This document shows positions 37,330 through 46,668 of a DNA stretch of 64,000 nucleotides, piece after piece; positions within the stretch are counted from its first letter, which is position 1, and every line of letters begins with the position of its first letter. The DNA is from a virus. The DNA lies in the IMG/VR virus record IMGVR_UViG_3300049491_000850, positions 1-64,000 of that record; one strand, 5' to 3'. A program made the translations under genes and the position numbers. Under the pieces are notes generated by a model. That model was not told the origin of the DNA. It saw only the letters and a program-made list of their open reading frames with translations, and did not search any database.

Positions 37330-39514
37330 ATGCACTTATAATTCCATTCTCTAGTAAGAATCGAATGATGTCAGAAGTTTTAATACCACGATAGAAGTAT
37401 GACGAACCAGAAGTCTTTTTTGGATAGTCACCTTCCAATGCGTTAGGGCCGGAAAACACAACATCACCAGAAGTAAATCCTTTTTGATCTGGAATTGATT
37501 GTACAATTTTAACCAAATCACTTTGTGGCACTTCAACAAATGTTGCTTTGTGCATATCTGATCTCAAGAAATATGATAAATCGGTTCTAAAGCCAACAAC
37601 TCGATATGGATTTGTGATTGTCATATCAGTACCACTACCATAATCAGTTGACAATAATCTAGTAACGTCATACGTACCAGCAGTGTAATTAGCAATTTGT
37701 GGAAAGTATATACAAAAGTTTAACCATTCAGCACCAAAAACTGGTCTGTTTGGAAGTATTTCACCACCACCACTACCTCCTTTTCCCCAATCTGCAATTC
37801 CATTGTATGCAAACCCTTCATCAACATCAGCACTTGGATAAAATTCAGGGAATGCATCGACATCTGCTTGAGTAACCACATCTCCTACGTTACCAGCATT
37901 CCACCAGATGCTTTGAGTAATGTCATCAAATCTAATTGGTTCATTGCTAACACCTTCGTATTCCTTCATCAAACCATGATATTTTGATATTGTATATATT
38001 TTCCCACCAGTGAACTTAAAAAATTGTTTACGCCATGCTTCATTCAATGCAAGACGATCAGCCTGATTTTTTCCGGCAACAGTTCCGGCTCTTTCAGAAG
38101 TAAATGTTTTAAGATCAGTAACTCCCGCATAATAATTAGATACTGCATATTGAGGTATTTTTAAACGACCTCTATCACTTCTATCTCTATCAGTTCTCGA
38201 TCTGCCGGGTGGATTATTATAAAAATCTAATTCAGGTGCATAGTTAATAATGAACATTCCATAAAAATCAGTGAATATTCCTGCTGGATCATCTTCTGTT
38301 GTCGGAACGAGAACACCAAATTCATCAACAACCATTTTATTTCTATTACATGGCAGTGTTAAAATAAAAACACCATCATCAATAATTTCACCATATTGTG
38401 TTTTAGCTAATAATTGAATATCACTCTGTGTATTGATATTGGCTGCGGTGAATATGTTAAGGTTCACAGTGGTATCAACTGAGGTGCTAACAGGACTAAT
38501 TTCTGATTCTGTTATATTGGGATTTATCGTGTATACGTCAATTGAATATTTACCGATTCTTTTTGATGCGATACCGTTATTAAATTTTACACCTTGATTT
38601 CTCGTTGAACCATTAGCCTCTAAAGTTCTATTAATACTCATGGCAGACATTGAGTCATCTCTATCACCAAAGAAATTATCATAACCCCACACAGCATCAT
38701 AGTTGTCTGTGAATCCTGCACCGAACACGGTTACAGAAGTTACGAGTGTTGCTTTGATTTTAAAATCCTGACGAGTAATACCTATTTCGAAATTATCCGA
38801 GTCACCCCAAAAAGGTCTTACGTCAACACTTACATTTTGTAAATCAATACTTGGAATGTTATCTAAGTCAGTACTGAATTTAATTTTATTTCCGTTGAAC
38901 AATTGTTCAGCATAACCTAATTGACTAACCATTGTTGCCGGAGTCATTGAGTATTGACCAATGTCAGTGATGTCAACTGACATGTGAACGGTTTGAATAC
39001 CTATTGGTGCTCCAAAAATCATATAGTCACCTGATTGATTGGTGACAGTTGTGAACTTGTAGTATTTCTGATACACCTCCAAATAAGTTGGATTGGTTGT
39101 GAATTCCTCTTTGGTAGCAAAGGTTCCTACTGGAACTGCTGGTGCATACGAACCTACTATAAGGAATGGATTGTTAACTGCAACTCTTGGTAGCAAGTTA
39201 TATTTCACACCATCAAGGTTTTTATCACGGGGAGACGTATAGGGATAGATCGCAGTAATCTCTGAATTAGCTGCATCTTCATCCGACAACGGGATGAAAA
39301 CCGAAATCTTTGCATTTGGGATACCGATACCTCCATTTGCTACAACTCTACCCACGATTACACCATAATCCGAATTGAAGGTTCCATAGATGTCTTTTTG
39401 ACTGATTTTGAGCGATAATATCTCAAAAAAATCAACATCGTTTTCTAGTTTAGTTGTTAAGTATTTATCTGTACCTCCTACGGTGGTTCTGATTCTGACA
39501 GACTTATTTGACAT
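37328..39514 (-). CDS. Baseplate-associated structural protein
   Basis: YGVIVGRVVANGGIGIPNAKISVF, KFTTVTNQSGDYMIFGAP (prealbumin-like beta-sandwich); late motif; divergent from the sheath gene. Confidence 0.6.
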   Translation of the reverse strand: MSNKSVRIRTTVGGTDKYLTTKLENDVDFFEILSLKISQKDIYGTFNSDYGVIVGRVVANGGIGIPNAKISVFIPLSDEDAANSEITAIYPYTSPRDKNLDGVKYNLLPRVAVNNPFLIVGSYAPAVPVGTFATKEEFTTNPTYLEVYQKYYKFTTVTNQSGDYMIFGAPIGIQTVHMSVDITDIGQYSMTPATMVSQLGYAEQLFNGNKIKFSTDLDNIPSIDLQNVSVDVRPFWGDSDNFEIGITRQDFKIKATLVTSVTVFGAGFTDNYDAVWGYDNFFGDRDDSMSAMSINRTLEANGSTRNQGVKFNNGIASKRIGKYSIDVYTINPNITESEISPVSTSVDTTVNLNIFTAANINTQSDIQLLAKTQYGEIIDDGVFILTLPCNRNKMVVDEFGVLVPTTEDDPAGIFTDFYGMFIINYAPELDFYNNPPGRSRTDRDRSDRGRLKIPQYAVSNYYAGVTDLKTFTSERAGTVAGKNQADRLALNEAWRKQFFKFTGGKIYTISKYHGLMKEYEGVSNEPIRFDDITQSIWWNAGNVGDVVTQADVDAFPEFYPSADVDEGFAYNGIADWGKGGSGGGEILPNRPVFGAEWLNFCIYFPQIANYTAGTYDVTRLLSTDYGSGTDMTITNPYRVVGFRTDLSYFLRSDMHKATFVEVPQSDLVKIVQSIPDQKGFTSGDVVFSGPNALEGDYPKKTSGSSYFYRGIKTSDIIRFLLENGIISA

Positions 39515-39531
39515 AGTTTGATATTATACTT

Positions 39532-39540
39532 TATAAATAC
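39532..39540 (-). promoter_or_regulatory. Late promoter motif GTATTTATA
   Basis: 17 nt upstream of ATG 39514. Confidence 0.7.
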
Positions 39541-39577
39541 AAATCTAAGAAATTAACTGATTTTGTTCGCAGAGAAA

Positions 39578-39586
39578 GTATTTATA
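39578..39586 (+). promoter_or_regulatory. Late promoter motif GTATTTATA
   Basis: Upstream of the sheath gene. Confidence 0.7.
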
Positions 39587-39648
39587 AAAAAATGTTGAAT
39601 TCAGGACAAGGGATTTAATAACAATAAACTAAAATTCAATAACAAAAC

Positions 39649-42387
39649 ATGGCAAGTAATTTTGTATTCGTGTCTCCGGGAGTAAAATTCAAAGAAAGAG
39701 ACCTTTCATTTGTTTCAAAAAACGTTGGTTTGACCACCCTTGGATTGGTTGGTGAAACTCCAAAGGGGCCTGCATTTCAGCCAATTACAATATCAAGCAA
39801 AGGCGATTTTTCGACTAGATTCGGAAGTCAATCAGTAGAAAAATTCCCTAACGATGGAGGTCTTAAATTTCAACTTCCTTATGTTGCAAACTCATATTTA
39901 GACGAATCAGATCAACTTGTAGTTACAAGAGTTCTTGGTCGTTCAGGTTATCAGGCAGGTACTGCTTGGGGTTTGAGAGTTAGTGCTGGTGTTGATATTT
40001 CAACTACTGGTGTAACTTCAACAGGTTCAACCACAGAAAATTTCTCTGGTGGTGTATACTTAGGTACTACGATTACTAACGTAGGACAAACTGGCGTAAT
40101 CTTCACAGGTTTCACAAAAATAAGTTCAACTACTTTCTCAACTGTTCTTAGAGAATTCACTGTACAAACTTTGGTTGCCGGAAGCGGTAGCACAAGTGTA
40201 CAATTGAGTACTATTAGTGGTTCATCACTTTCAGAATTTGAAGGTATGGTGGTAGCTATCGTAAGATCAAGAGGTAGTGTTGAAGATATTGTTGATGGTT
40301 CTCCTATCACTACTTTCCAAGCAACACAACTCCAAATGACTGCTAACGCAACAACAATTGGTGCTGGTGATATGTTCGGTAAGTTTACATTAGCAGCAGG
40401 TACTGGCACAACAGCAAGCACTGAAAGCTATGTAGTATCATTGAATCCTGATGCAAGAGAATTCATAGTAAACGTACTTGGTGACAAGCCTAAAGGCAAA
40501 AACACTAAGATTTATGTTGAATCTGTATATCCTGACTTAATTAAGAAATTAGATGCTGATGGTGTTGTGTACGGTATTAGTACATCAATCATCAATGCAA
40601 CCACAAATACATTCACTGATTACAGAGAAGATTTCAAAACACCTGAAACTCCTTATATAGTGTCAGAATTAAGAGGTAACATAATCGAAAGATTATTCAA
40701 GTTTGTCTCTATCTCTGATGGTAATGCAGCGAACCAAGAAATTAAAATTTCATTGGCGAACATCGATCCTATCACAAAACAATTTGATATTATCGTTCGT
40801 GATTTCTATGATACTGACGATGCACTCGTAGTTCTTGAATCATTCAGAAACTGTTCAATGCAGAAAGGCTTGAACAACTACGTTGGTAACAGAGTTGGTA
40901 CTATCGATGGTGAGTACAGTATTCAAAGTAACTTTATCGTTCTTGATATTGATCCTAACGCTCCGGGCGATTCTTATCCTGCTGGATTCGAAGGTTATAT
41001 CGTATTCGATTGGTCTTCATCTTCAACTGGTTCTGGAACACAAGGTATTTCACCTGAGATCGTTTACAAAAACGAATACGCAGCAACAGATAGAGTAAAC
41101 AGAGTATACTTAGGTGTATCTGAAAGAGCATTTGACGGAGACAACTTGATCGGTACTGGTATCGACCAAAACTTCTTTAACTATAACGGACTTGACATCA
41201 GTTCTACTGATGACGCTCCAAGCGGTTATGTGAAAACTAAAGGTTTCCACATGGACGCAGAAGCAACTGGCGCAACCTATATGGATGGTTTAGCTGTAAT
41301 CGGATCATTCGTGGTCGGTGCAGGAACATTCCAAGGTGCAGCAGATATAACTAACCCTAACAACCCTTACTTTGCTAAGAATGCAAGAAAGTTCACATTC
41401 GTTCCTTACGGTGGATTTGATGGTTGGAATGAACACAGAGACAGAAGAACTACTACTGACCTTTACAAAAAGGGTGGTGTATATGATGGTGTACCTGTTG
41501 GTGCAACACCAAACAACGACTTCCAAGCATGGGAAATTGCAATTGCAACTTTCAGAAATAGCGAAGACGTAACAATCAATTTGTTTGCTACTCCGGGTCT
41601 TAACTGGTCAGATAACATCGGTATTATCAACGATACTATCGAAATGATCGAACAGGTAAGAGGTGACTCATTGTATGTAATCGATGCACCTGATCTTCCA
41701 GATGCTCCGGGCTTGGCTCAGGACATCGTTGATCTTCTTGACGATACTGATATTGACTCTAACTATAGTGCAACATTCTATCCTTGGGTTCAAATCAAAG
41801 ACTCTATCAACAATCAGAATGTTTACATTCCACCTACAGGTGAAGTTGTAAGAGCAATTGCTTTCACAGATAACGTGAAGTTCCCTTGGTTCGCACCTGC
41901 TGGTTTGCAGAGAGGTGTTACTGATGCAATCAGAACAAGAAGAAAATTATCAAGTGATGAAAGAGACACATTGTATGATGGTAGAATTAACCCTATGGCG
42001 ACATTCCCTGATACTGGTGTATCTATCTTCGGACAGAAAACTTTGCAAGTTGCAGAAACATCATTGAACAGAATCAACGTAAGAAGATTATTGCTTCAAT
42101 TGAGAGTATTGATTTCTAACGTTGCAGTTAGATTACTTTTCGAACAAAACGATCAAACAACAATCGATGAATTCTTAGCTAAAGTTAATCCAATCTTGGA
42201 AACTGTTAAGAGAGAAAGAGGTCTTGAAGACTTTAAGGTTGTAATGGATCAATCAAATAACACTCCTGAAACAAGAGACAGAAATGAACTTTATGGTGAA
42301 ATCTTCATCAAGCCTACTAAGGCAGTTGAATTTATCGGTATTACCTTCACCATCACTCCTTCTGGTGCTTCTTTCGATAGTATTTAA
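39649..42387 (+). CDS. Contractile tail sheath protein
   Basis: SPGVKFKERDLS, GETPKGP, PWFAPAG..RG, GQKTLQ, RINVRRL, IKPTKAVEFI. Confidence 0.97.
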   Translation: MASNFVFVSPGVKFKERDLSFVSKNVGLTTLGLVGETPKGPAFQPITISSKGDFSTRFGSQSVEKFPNDGGLKFQLPYVANSYLDESDQLVVTRVLGRSGYQAGTAWGLRVSAGVDISTTGVTSTGSTTENFSGGVYLGTTITNVGQTGVIFTGFTKISSTTFSTVLREFTVQTLVAGSGSTSVQLSTISGSSLSEFEGMVVAIVRSRGSVEDIVDGSPITTFQATQLQMTANATTIGAGDMFGKFTLAAGTGTTASTESYVVSLNPDAREFIVNVLGDKPKGKNTKIYVESVYPDLIKKLDADGVVYGISTSIINATTNTFTDYREDFKTPETPYIVSELRGNIIERLFKFVSISDGNAANQEIKISLANIDPITKQFDIIVRDFYDTDDALVVLESFRNCSMQKGLNNYVGNRVGTIDGEYSIQSNFIVLDIDPNAPGDSYPAGFEGYIVFDWSSSSTGSGTQGISPEIVYKNEYAATDRVNRVYLGVSERAFDGDNLIGTGIDQNFFNYNGLDISSTDDAPSGYVKTKGFHMDAEATGATYMDGLAVIGSFVVGAGTFQGAADITNPNNPYFAKNARKFTFVPYGGFDGWNEHRDRRTTTDLYKKGGVYDGVPVGATPNNDFQAWEIAIATFRNSEDVTINLFATPGLNWSDNIGIINDTIEMIEQVRGDSLYVIDAPDLPDAPGLAQDIVDLLDDTDIDSNYSATFYPWVQIKDSINNQNVYIPPTGEVVRAIAFTDNVKFPWFAPAGLQRGVTDAIRTRRKLSSDERDTLYDGRINPMATFPDTGVSIFGQKTLQVAETSLNRINVRRLLLQLRVLISNVAVRLLFEQNDQTTIDEFLAKVNPILETVKRERGLEDFKVVMDQSNNTPETRDRNELYGEIFIKPTKAVEFIGITFTITPSGASFDSI

Positions 42388-42394
42388 TTTGAGA

Positions 42395-42403
42395 GTATTT
42401 ATT
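42395..42403 (+). promoter_or_regulatory. Late promoter motif GTATTTATT
   Basis: Between sheath and tube genes. Confidence 0.7.
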
Positions 42404-42441
42404 TGAAAAGTGAATAACATAAAAAAAATTGAATTAATAAA

Positions 42442-42930
42442 ATGGCAGAATTACTAAGAGGCATACCAGTTGACTTTGAACCTAAAAGAAAAAATAGATT
42501 CGTTTTAGAGTTCCCAACTGAACTCGGTATTGAAGTTTGGAAAGTACAATCTTGTACAGCACCTAAAATCGAAGTTAATCCTGTAGAAGTACATTGGATA
42601 AACACTGTTAACTATGTGGCAGGTAAAGGTAAGTGGGGGGCTTGTGATATTACCTTCATCGATACCCAAGGGCCATCAACTACTACTCAATTAATGGAAT
42701 GGCTTCGTCTCGAATTCGAATCATTAACAGGTAGAATGGGTTATGCAGCAGGTTATAAGAAAACTCTTATCTTGAAAGCACTCGATCCAACAGGTGTTGA
42801 AGTTGAGAAGTGGGAAATGAGAGAGTGTATGATCACTTCATTAGACATGGGTGAATTTGCACACGATGATGACGGATTGAAAATCATCAGCATGACAGTA
42901 CAACCTTTCATGTGTATCCACAACTACTAA
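42442..42930 (+). CDS. Tail tube protein (gp19-like)
   Basis: Follows sheath; EPKRKNRF, YVAGKGKW, LDPTGVEVEKW. Confidence 0.93.
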   Translation: MAELLRGIPVDFEPKRKNRFVLEFPTELGIEVWKVQSCTAPKIEVNPVEVHWINTVNYVAGKGKWGACDITFIDTQGPSTTTQLMEWLRLEFESLTGRMGYAAGYKKTLILKALDPTGVEVEKWEMRECMITSLDMGEFAHDDDGLKIISMTVQPFMCIHNY

Positions 42931-42964
42931 GCCTTTATTACCTTAGAGGGACTGTTATAGTAAC

Positions 42965-42997
42965 AAAAAAAGCCAGTATCGCTACTGGCTTTTTTTT
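42965..42997. terminator. Bidirectional intrinsic terminator
   Basis: AAAAAAAGCCAGTA-tcgc-TACTGGCTTTTTTT. Confidence 0.9.
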
Positions 42998-43018
42998 ATT
43001 TCTATTGTTGTGATCTTC

Positions 43019-43222
43019 TTATTTTGCAATGGTGTAAACCACTTCATTTGCTTTGTTGTAATTTGTAAGGATATTAGTATATCCATCGTTATTACGAAGA
43101 TCAGCGATTGTTGCTCTCAAGTTTACAACTTTGAAACGTGATGCAGCAGATTTGCGTGTTACTTTTTGACCAGATTCCAACGCTGAAAGAACCTTAGCCT
43201 TTTTACTTTTTGTTTTTGACAT
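43019..43222 (-). CDS. Small winged-HTH DNA-binding protein
   Basis: KVLSALESGQKVT...NLRATIADLR..GY. Confidence 0.7.
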   Translation of the reverse strand: MSKTKSKKAKVLSALESGQKVTRKSAASRFKVVNLRATIADLRNNDGYTNILTNYNKANEVVYTIAK

Positions 43223-43255
43223 AAGAATTGTTGTTAATTATTAATGTTAGAACTG

Positions 43256-43286
43256 TAAAGTTAGCAACTTTTTTGATTCTACCAAA
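43256..43286 (-). promoter_or_regulatory. Bacteroidota sigmaA-like promoter TTTG-N19-TAACTTTA
   Basis: One mismatch to consensus; upstream of the HTH gene. Confidence 0.5.
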
Positions 43287-44048
43287 TTATCTTTCCAATT
43301 GTTCTGGTGTATAGTCGGTTAATCTTGACCAGTCAGCATCAAAAATCTCGTCAGCAAAGCCATAGTCAATAGCCTCATTTGCAGTAAGATATACATCTTC
43401 TTCCTTGTCCATACGGCTACGGAGCCACTTTCTTATGTAAATTTGTGTCTTTTGAGCCAATTTTCCATGTTGTTTCATAGACTTGGCGTAGATGTCAAGC
43501 ATTATCTTCTCGGCAGTACGCTCGAATTTCACAGCCGAACGAACCTGCTTCACCGTGCCCTCCATTCCAAAGGTTCCATCGTGGAACATAAAATATGAAT
43601 TTGGCATCATCACACGTTTATTTCCTGCTTGAAAAATTAGCGATGACATTGAACGGGCATGTGTGTAATTGATAATCGTAACGGGCCATGGGAACGATCT
43701 GATTGCATCATAGATTGCCATCCCTTCCGACCAATCACCACCTCTGGTTTTCATATGAATAACAAGTGGCTTCATTGGATTTCTTCTCATACACATATTG
43801 ATATTACGGATGAATCTATTTGCCATCACGTATTCAACACCGGGTTCAGTTGCAGCATCAACACCGCCTCCCATTGTGTATCCTTCAATTCCAAAAAGGT
43901 AGATATGATTTGAAATTAAATCGATGTCATTCTCTAAAACGTAGTAGAGCGGATCATCTTGTCTGATCTTTAATTTGTGGTCAAGTTTATAGTTTCTCTC
44001 CGTCTTTCTTCTTTTTGGTTTAGTTGTTGGTGTACTAGTACCTTTCAT
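43287..44048 (-). CDS. ClpP-like serine protease
   Basis: TRGGDWSEGMAIYDAI, ARSMSS (Ser), FMFHD (His), DVYLTANEAIDYGFAD. Confidence 0.85.
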   Translation of the reverse strand: MKGTSTPTTKPKRRKTERNYKLDHKLKIRQDDPLYYVLENDIDLISNHIYLFGIEGYTMGGGVDAATEPGVEYVMANRFIRNINMCMRRNPMKPLVIHMKTRGGDWSEGMAIYDAIRSFPWPVTIINYTHARSMSSLIFQAGNKRVMMPNSYFMFHDGTFGMEGTVKQVRSAVKFERTAEKIMLDIYAKSMKQHGKLAQKTQIYIRKWLRSRMDKEEDVYLTANEAIDYGFADEIFDADWSRLTDYTPEQLER

Positions 44049-44052
44049 TAAC

Positions 44053-44883
44053 TTAAAACATTTTGGACATCATCATATTTATTTCCAGACTGTAGTCGTT
44101 GCATTCTATGACCTTGTAGTTATCGTTAACTTCATTGAACCATACGATGTAACAACCGTCTATCTTTATTCCCGTGTTCCTCTCTAAAATCCTCTTATAC
44201 GTTGTCAACTGTAACGAGTATATTTCGAATTCACAATCATGAAGGTGAGAAACAACTCTCTTCATTTTTTGATTGTATTTGTTTACTTTATTAAGTTCTT
44301 TGTTCGTCTTCCAATCCCACACCTGAAAGCATTGCTTCTTCACATTCCAGAAGAGAATATCCATCATCCCGGAAAGTTCCCATTCTTCATCGAAGACAAC
44401 GAACTCGGTTTTGATCGGTATTAACTTACCGAAACTATCGGCATAAAAATTATCAACGTATGTTTTAACAATCTTAAATTCCTCTTCGATTGTTGTCAAT
44501 CCTTGTTTAGCAAGGATGTCAATATTCTTTTGTCCCAATTGTGCCAGTACTCGTTCATTGTCGTACTTGTACACTTTGTTGTTGTACAGTAATTCGGCAT
44601 AATTGTGCACGGCTGATCCTTTGATCTGAGACTTTATATTCAATGCCTTCCAATAATCAAGAACTTCTTCTTGAGTCATGTTCAGTTCATCTTTCTTTCT
44701 ATCTGACCAGTAATTACTGTCAAATTCTTCCACATATTTATGCAGAATAGTCGTTACTGAAATTAGGTTCTTATCACCTACGTAATACTTATGTATATCA
44801 TCATGGAACTTGATACGATTAAATTTCGTAAATATTTCCATAGGAATTGGTATTCCCGACAAGTCACCACGTATTTCACCCAT
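44053..44883 (-). CDS. PD-(D/E)xK (Cas4/RecB-like) exonuclease
   Basis: SVTTIL, GSAVHNYAE, GMMD, WDWKT, YSLQLTTY. Confidence 0.85.
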   Translation of the reverse strand: MGEIRGDLSGIPIPMEIFTKFNRIKFHDDIHKYYVGDKNLISVTTILHKYVEEFDSNYWSDRKKDELNMTQEEVLDYWKALNIKSQIKGSAVHNYAELLYNNKVYKYDNERVLAQLGQKNIDILAKQGLTTIEEEFKIVKTYVDNFYADSFGKLIPIKTEFVVFDEEWELSGMMDILFWNVKKQCFQVWDWKTNKELNKVNKYNQKMKRVVSHLHDCEFEIYSLQLTTYKRILERNTGIKIDGCYIVWFNEVNDNYKVIECNDYSLEINMMMSKMF

Positions 44884-44892
44884 AGCGTGAAA

Positions 44893-45180
44893 TTAGTGAT
44901 TATGAATAGCATATCCAAATTTTACACTAATATTTGAGTCTTTTTCGGAGTAGCTTTCTACCTTAGAAACTTCCCATTTTTCCACAACACAACCATCCTT
45001 TTGAACACCTTCAACCGTGAAACTCAATGGTTTATCTTTTACAATGTCACATGGACTAACCAGTCTAAATTTAAATGGTTCCCAACCATGTCGTCCACTA
45101 TTACTAAATTTAATTGTTGGATTTTTCTCAAATACAATTTCATGCATTTTTCCGATAGAATATGATAGGTAGTATTTCAT
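44893..45180 (-). CDS. Truncated tail-tube paralog
   Basis: Three colinear blocks match the tube protein at 42442 (see findings). Confidence 0.55.
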   Translation of the reverse strand: MKYYLSYSIGKMHEIVFEKNPTIKFSNSGRHGWEPFKFRLVSPCDIVKDKPLSFTVEGVQKDGCVVEKWEVSKVESYSEKDSNISVKFGYAIHNH

Positions 45181-46067
45181 TAGTTTATTCGAATATTAGG
45201 TTGAAGTATTTTAGAAAAATCTATCTTTTGCAATTGAACTATAATACCTGCTTTATCGGCAGCGAGACCACTATACCCATGAATATGTTGGAGTATTGCA
45301 TCACGAATAATCTCCATTGCTTGAACAGCAAGGTCTCCACGCATGGTAGGGTGTGACTGTTCAAAGATTCTATTGATTTCGTCCTGATCTAAACCGTTTG
45401 TTTTGAATTTTGGTGTACCATCATGTGATAAGAATGCGATCTTATCAGCCATTTGCACCATAGTACTTTGAGTCTTCTTATTCTCCAATTGGAAGAAGTC
45501 CATCTGGATGAATGCAGGGTTCTCTTTATTCAAAGCAAGTACGTTGTCGATCTGGTGTTTACCACATCTGAGTACAACTTGCTTTTCTTTAAGCATTATG
45601 TCGGTATTATCACGTCCAACAAGAGCAATATCCTTTGCTGTTGGGAATACACCTGCTGCATCGGGATACGAAGACGGATTAGCCTCCGGTGTTATTGTTG
45701 AAATGTTGGTTGTGGATAATGCAGTGAAGTATCCATCGTATTTAACCTTCTGAGGTTGTGAAATAACACTTCCCATCCAATGTCTACCTCTTTGTGGGTA
45801 TCGCGTATCCTCAATGAATATACGAACCACTTCACCTACTTGAGGAATTACCCAAAAGAACTTCGGTAACATCGGCATAGCCAATGGAAGTTGTTGATTT
45901 GGTGTTTTGTTGTCAAAGTCAGGAATTTTAACACGAATACGACCACCTTCATTAGGATCATCGATACTAACTACCTCACCATAGTAGATATTTCTAACAA
46001 GATTTTCTTTGTTAGTTTCCTTTCGGTAAGGACTGCTGGTCTGTAAATGTTTTTTCTCGTAAGACAT
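45180..46067 (-). CDS. Baseplate spike, gp5/VgrG N-terminal OB-fold type
   Basis: GEVVSIDDPNEGGRIRVKI, PQVGEVV, WMGSV, C-terminal HIH. Confidence 0.85.
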   Translation of the reverse strand: MSYEKKHLQTSSPYRKETNKENLVRNIYYGEVVSIDDPNEGGRIRVKIPDFDNKTPNQQLPLAMPMLPKFFWVIPQVGEVVRIFIEDTRYPQRGRHWMGSVISQPQKVKYDGYFTALSTTNISTITPEANPSSYPDAAGVFPTAKDIALVGRDNTDIMLKEKQVVLRCGKHQIDNVLALNKENPAFIQMDFFQLENKKTQSTMVQMADKIAFLSHDGTPKFKTNGLDQDEINRIFEQSHPTMRGDLAVQAMEIIRDAILQHIHGYSGLAADKAGIIVQLQKIDFSKILQPNIRIN

Positions 46068-46255
46068 TACTTAATTATATTTTTTAGATTGTCAACATAT
46101 TTTTGTTCGACATCATACATTCTTGATTGAAGATTATTATACTGTTCTTCGAGTACTTTTGTTGCATCAAGTATTTGAAGCATCTCACGCTTAATCTCTT
46201 CGTGTTCTGCCTGTAAATTTTTTGATATATCGATATAGACTTGTTGTTCTTCCAT
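46067..46255 (-). CDS. Small coiled-coil protein
   Basis: Coupled ORF in the spike operon. Confidence 0.6.
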   Translation of the reverse strand: MEEQQVYIDISKNLQAEHEEIKREMLQILDATKVLEEQYNNLQSRMYDVEQKYVDNLKNIIK

Positions 46256-46665
46256 TATTGTATTACCGCGTATCCTGTTGTTAAGGTGATGGTTGAACCA
46301 ATTACTGTCACAGGGCCGCCACTGTTCGCACCAGCAGCACTCAAAGTTGTTCCCGGTGGAATTGCTACTGTTATTTTTGCGTCTTCCTGAAATCCTCTAA
46401 TGATCTCTTCGACAGCAATACGCCACATTAATTCATCAGGGTTTACCGCGCCACTCGGTAATGCCCCAACAGGAATACCAGCCTCTGGTTTTCTTTGTAT
46501 GATTCTACTTGCAATCTTTGTCGGTGATAATCCGGTTCTTCTTTGTGCACCAACTAAAATCAATGGGGTTGGTATTGAAGCCGATGAACTATTGTTCTGA
46601 ATCTTCAAGATTTTCTTTATACCACCAAGGATAGAAGTTAATTTACCAAAATCTATTGCTGCCAT
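46255..46665 (-). CDS. Baseplate-region structural protein, possible spike tip
   Basis: C-terminal IPPGTTLSAAGANSGGPVTVIG; close to the gp5-like gene. Confidence 0.5.
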   Translation of the reverse strand: MAAIDFGKLTSILGGIKKILKIQNNSSSASIPTPLILVGAQRRTGLSPTKIASRIIQRKPEAGIPVGALPSGAVNPDELMWRIAVEEIIRGFQEDAKITVAIPPGTTLSAAGANSGGPVTVIGSTITLTTGYAVIQ

Positions 46666-46668
46666 TTC

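Noticed and set aside
44053-44883. Cas4-like nuclease as part of a CRISPR system
   Set aside because: No cas genes or array nearby and no clear four-Cys Fe-S set; stand-alone PD-(D/E)xK nucleases are common in phages
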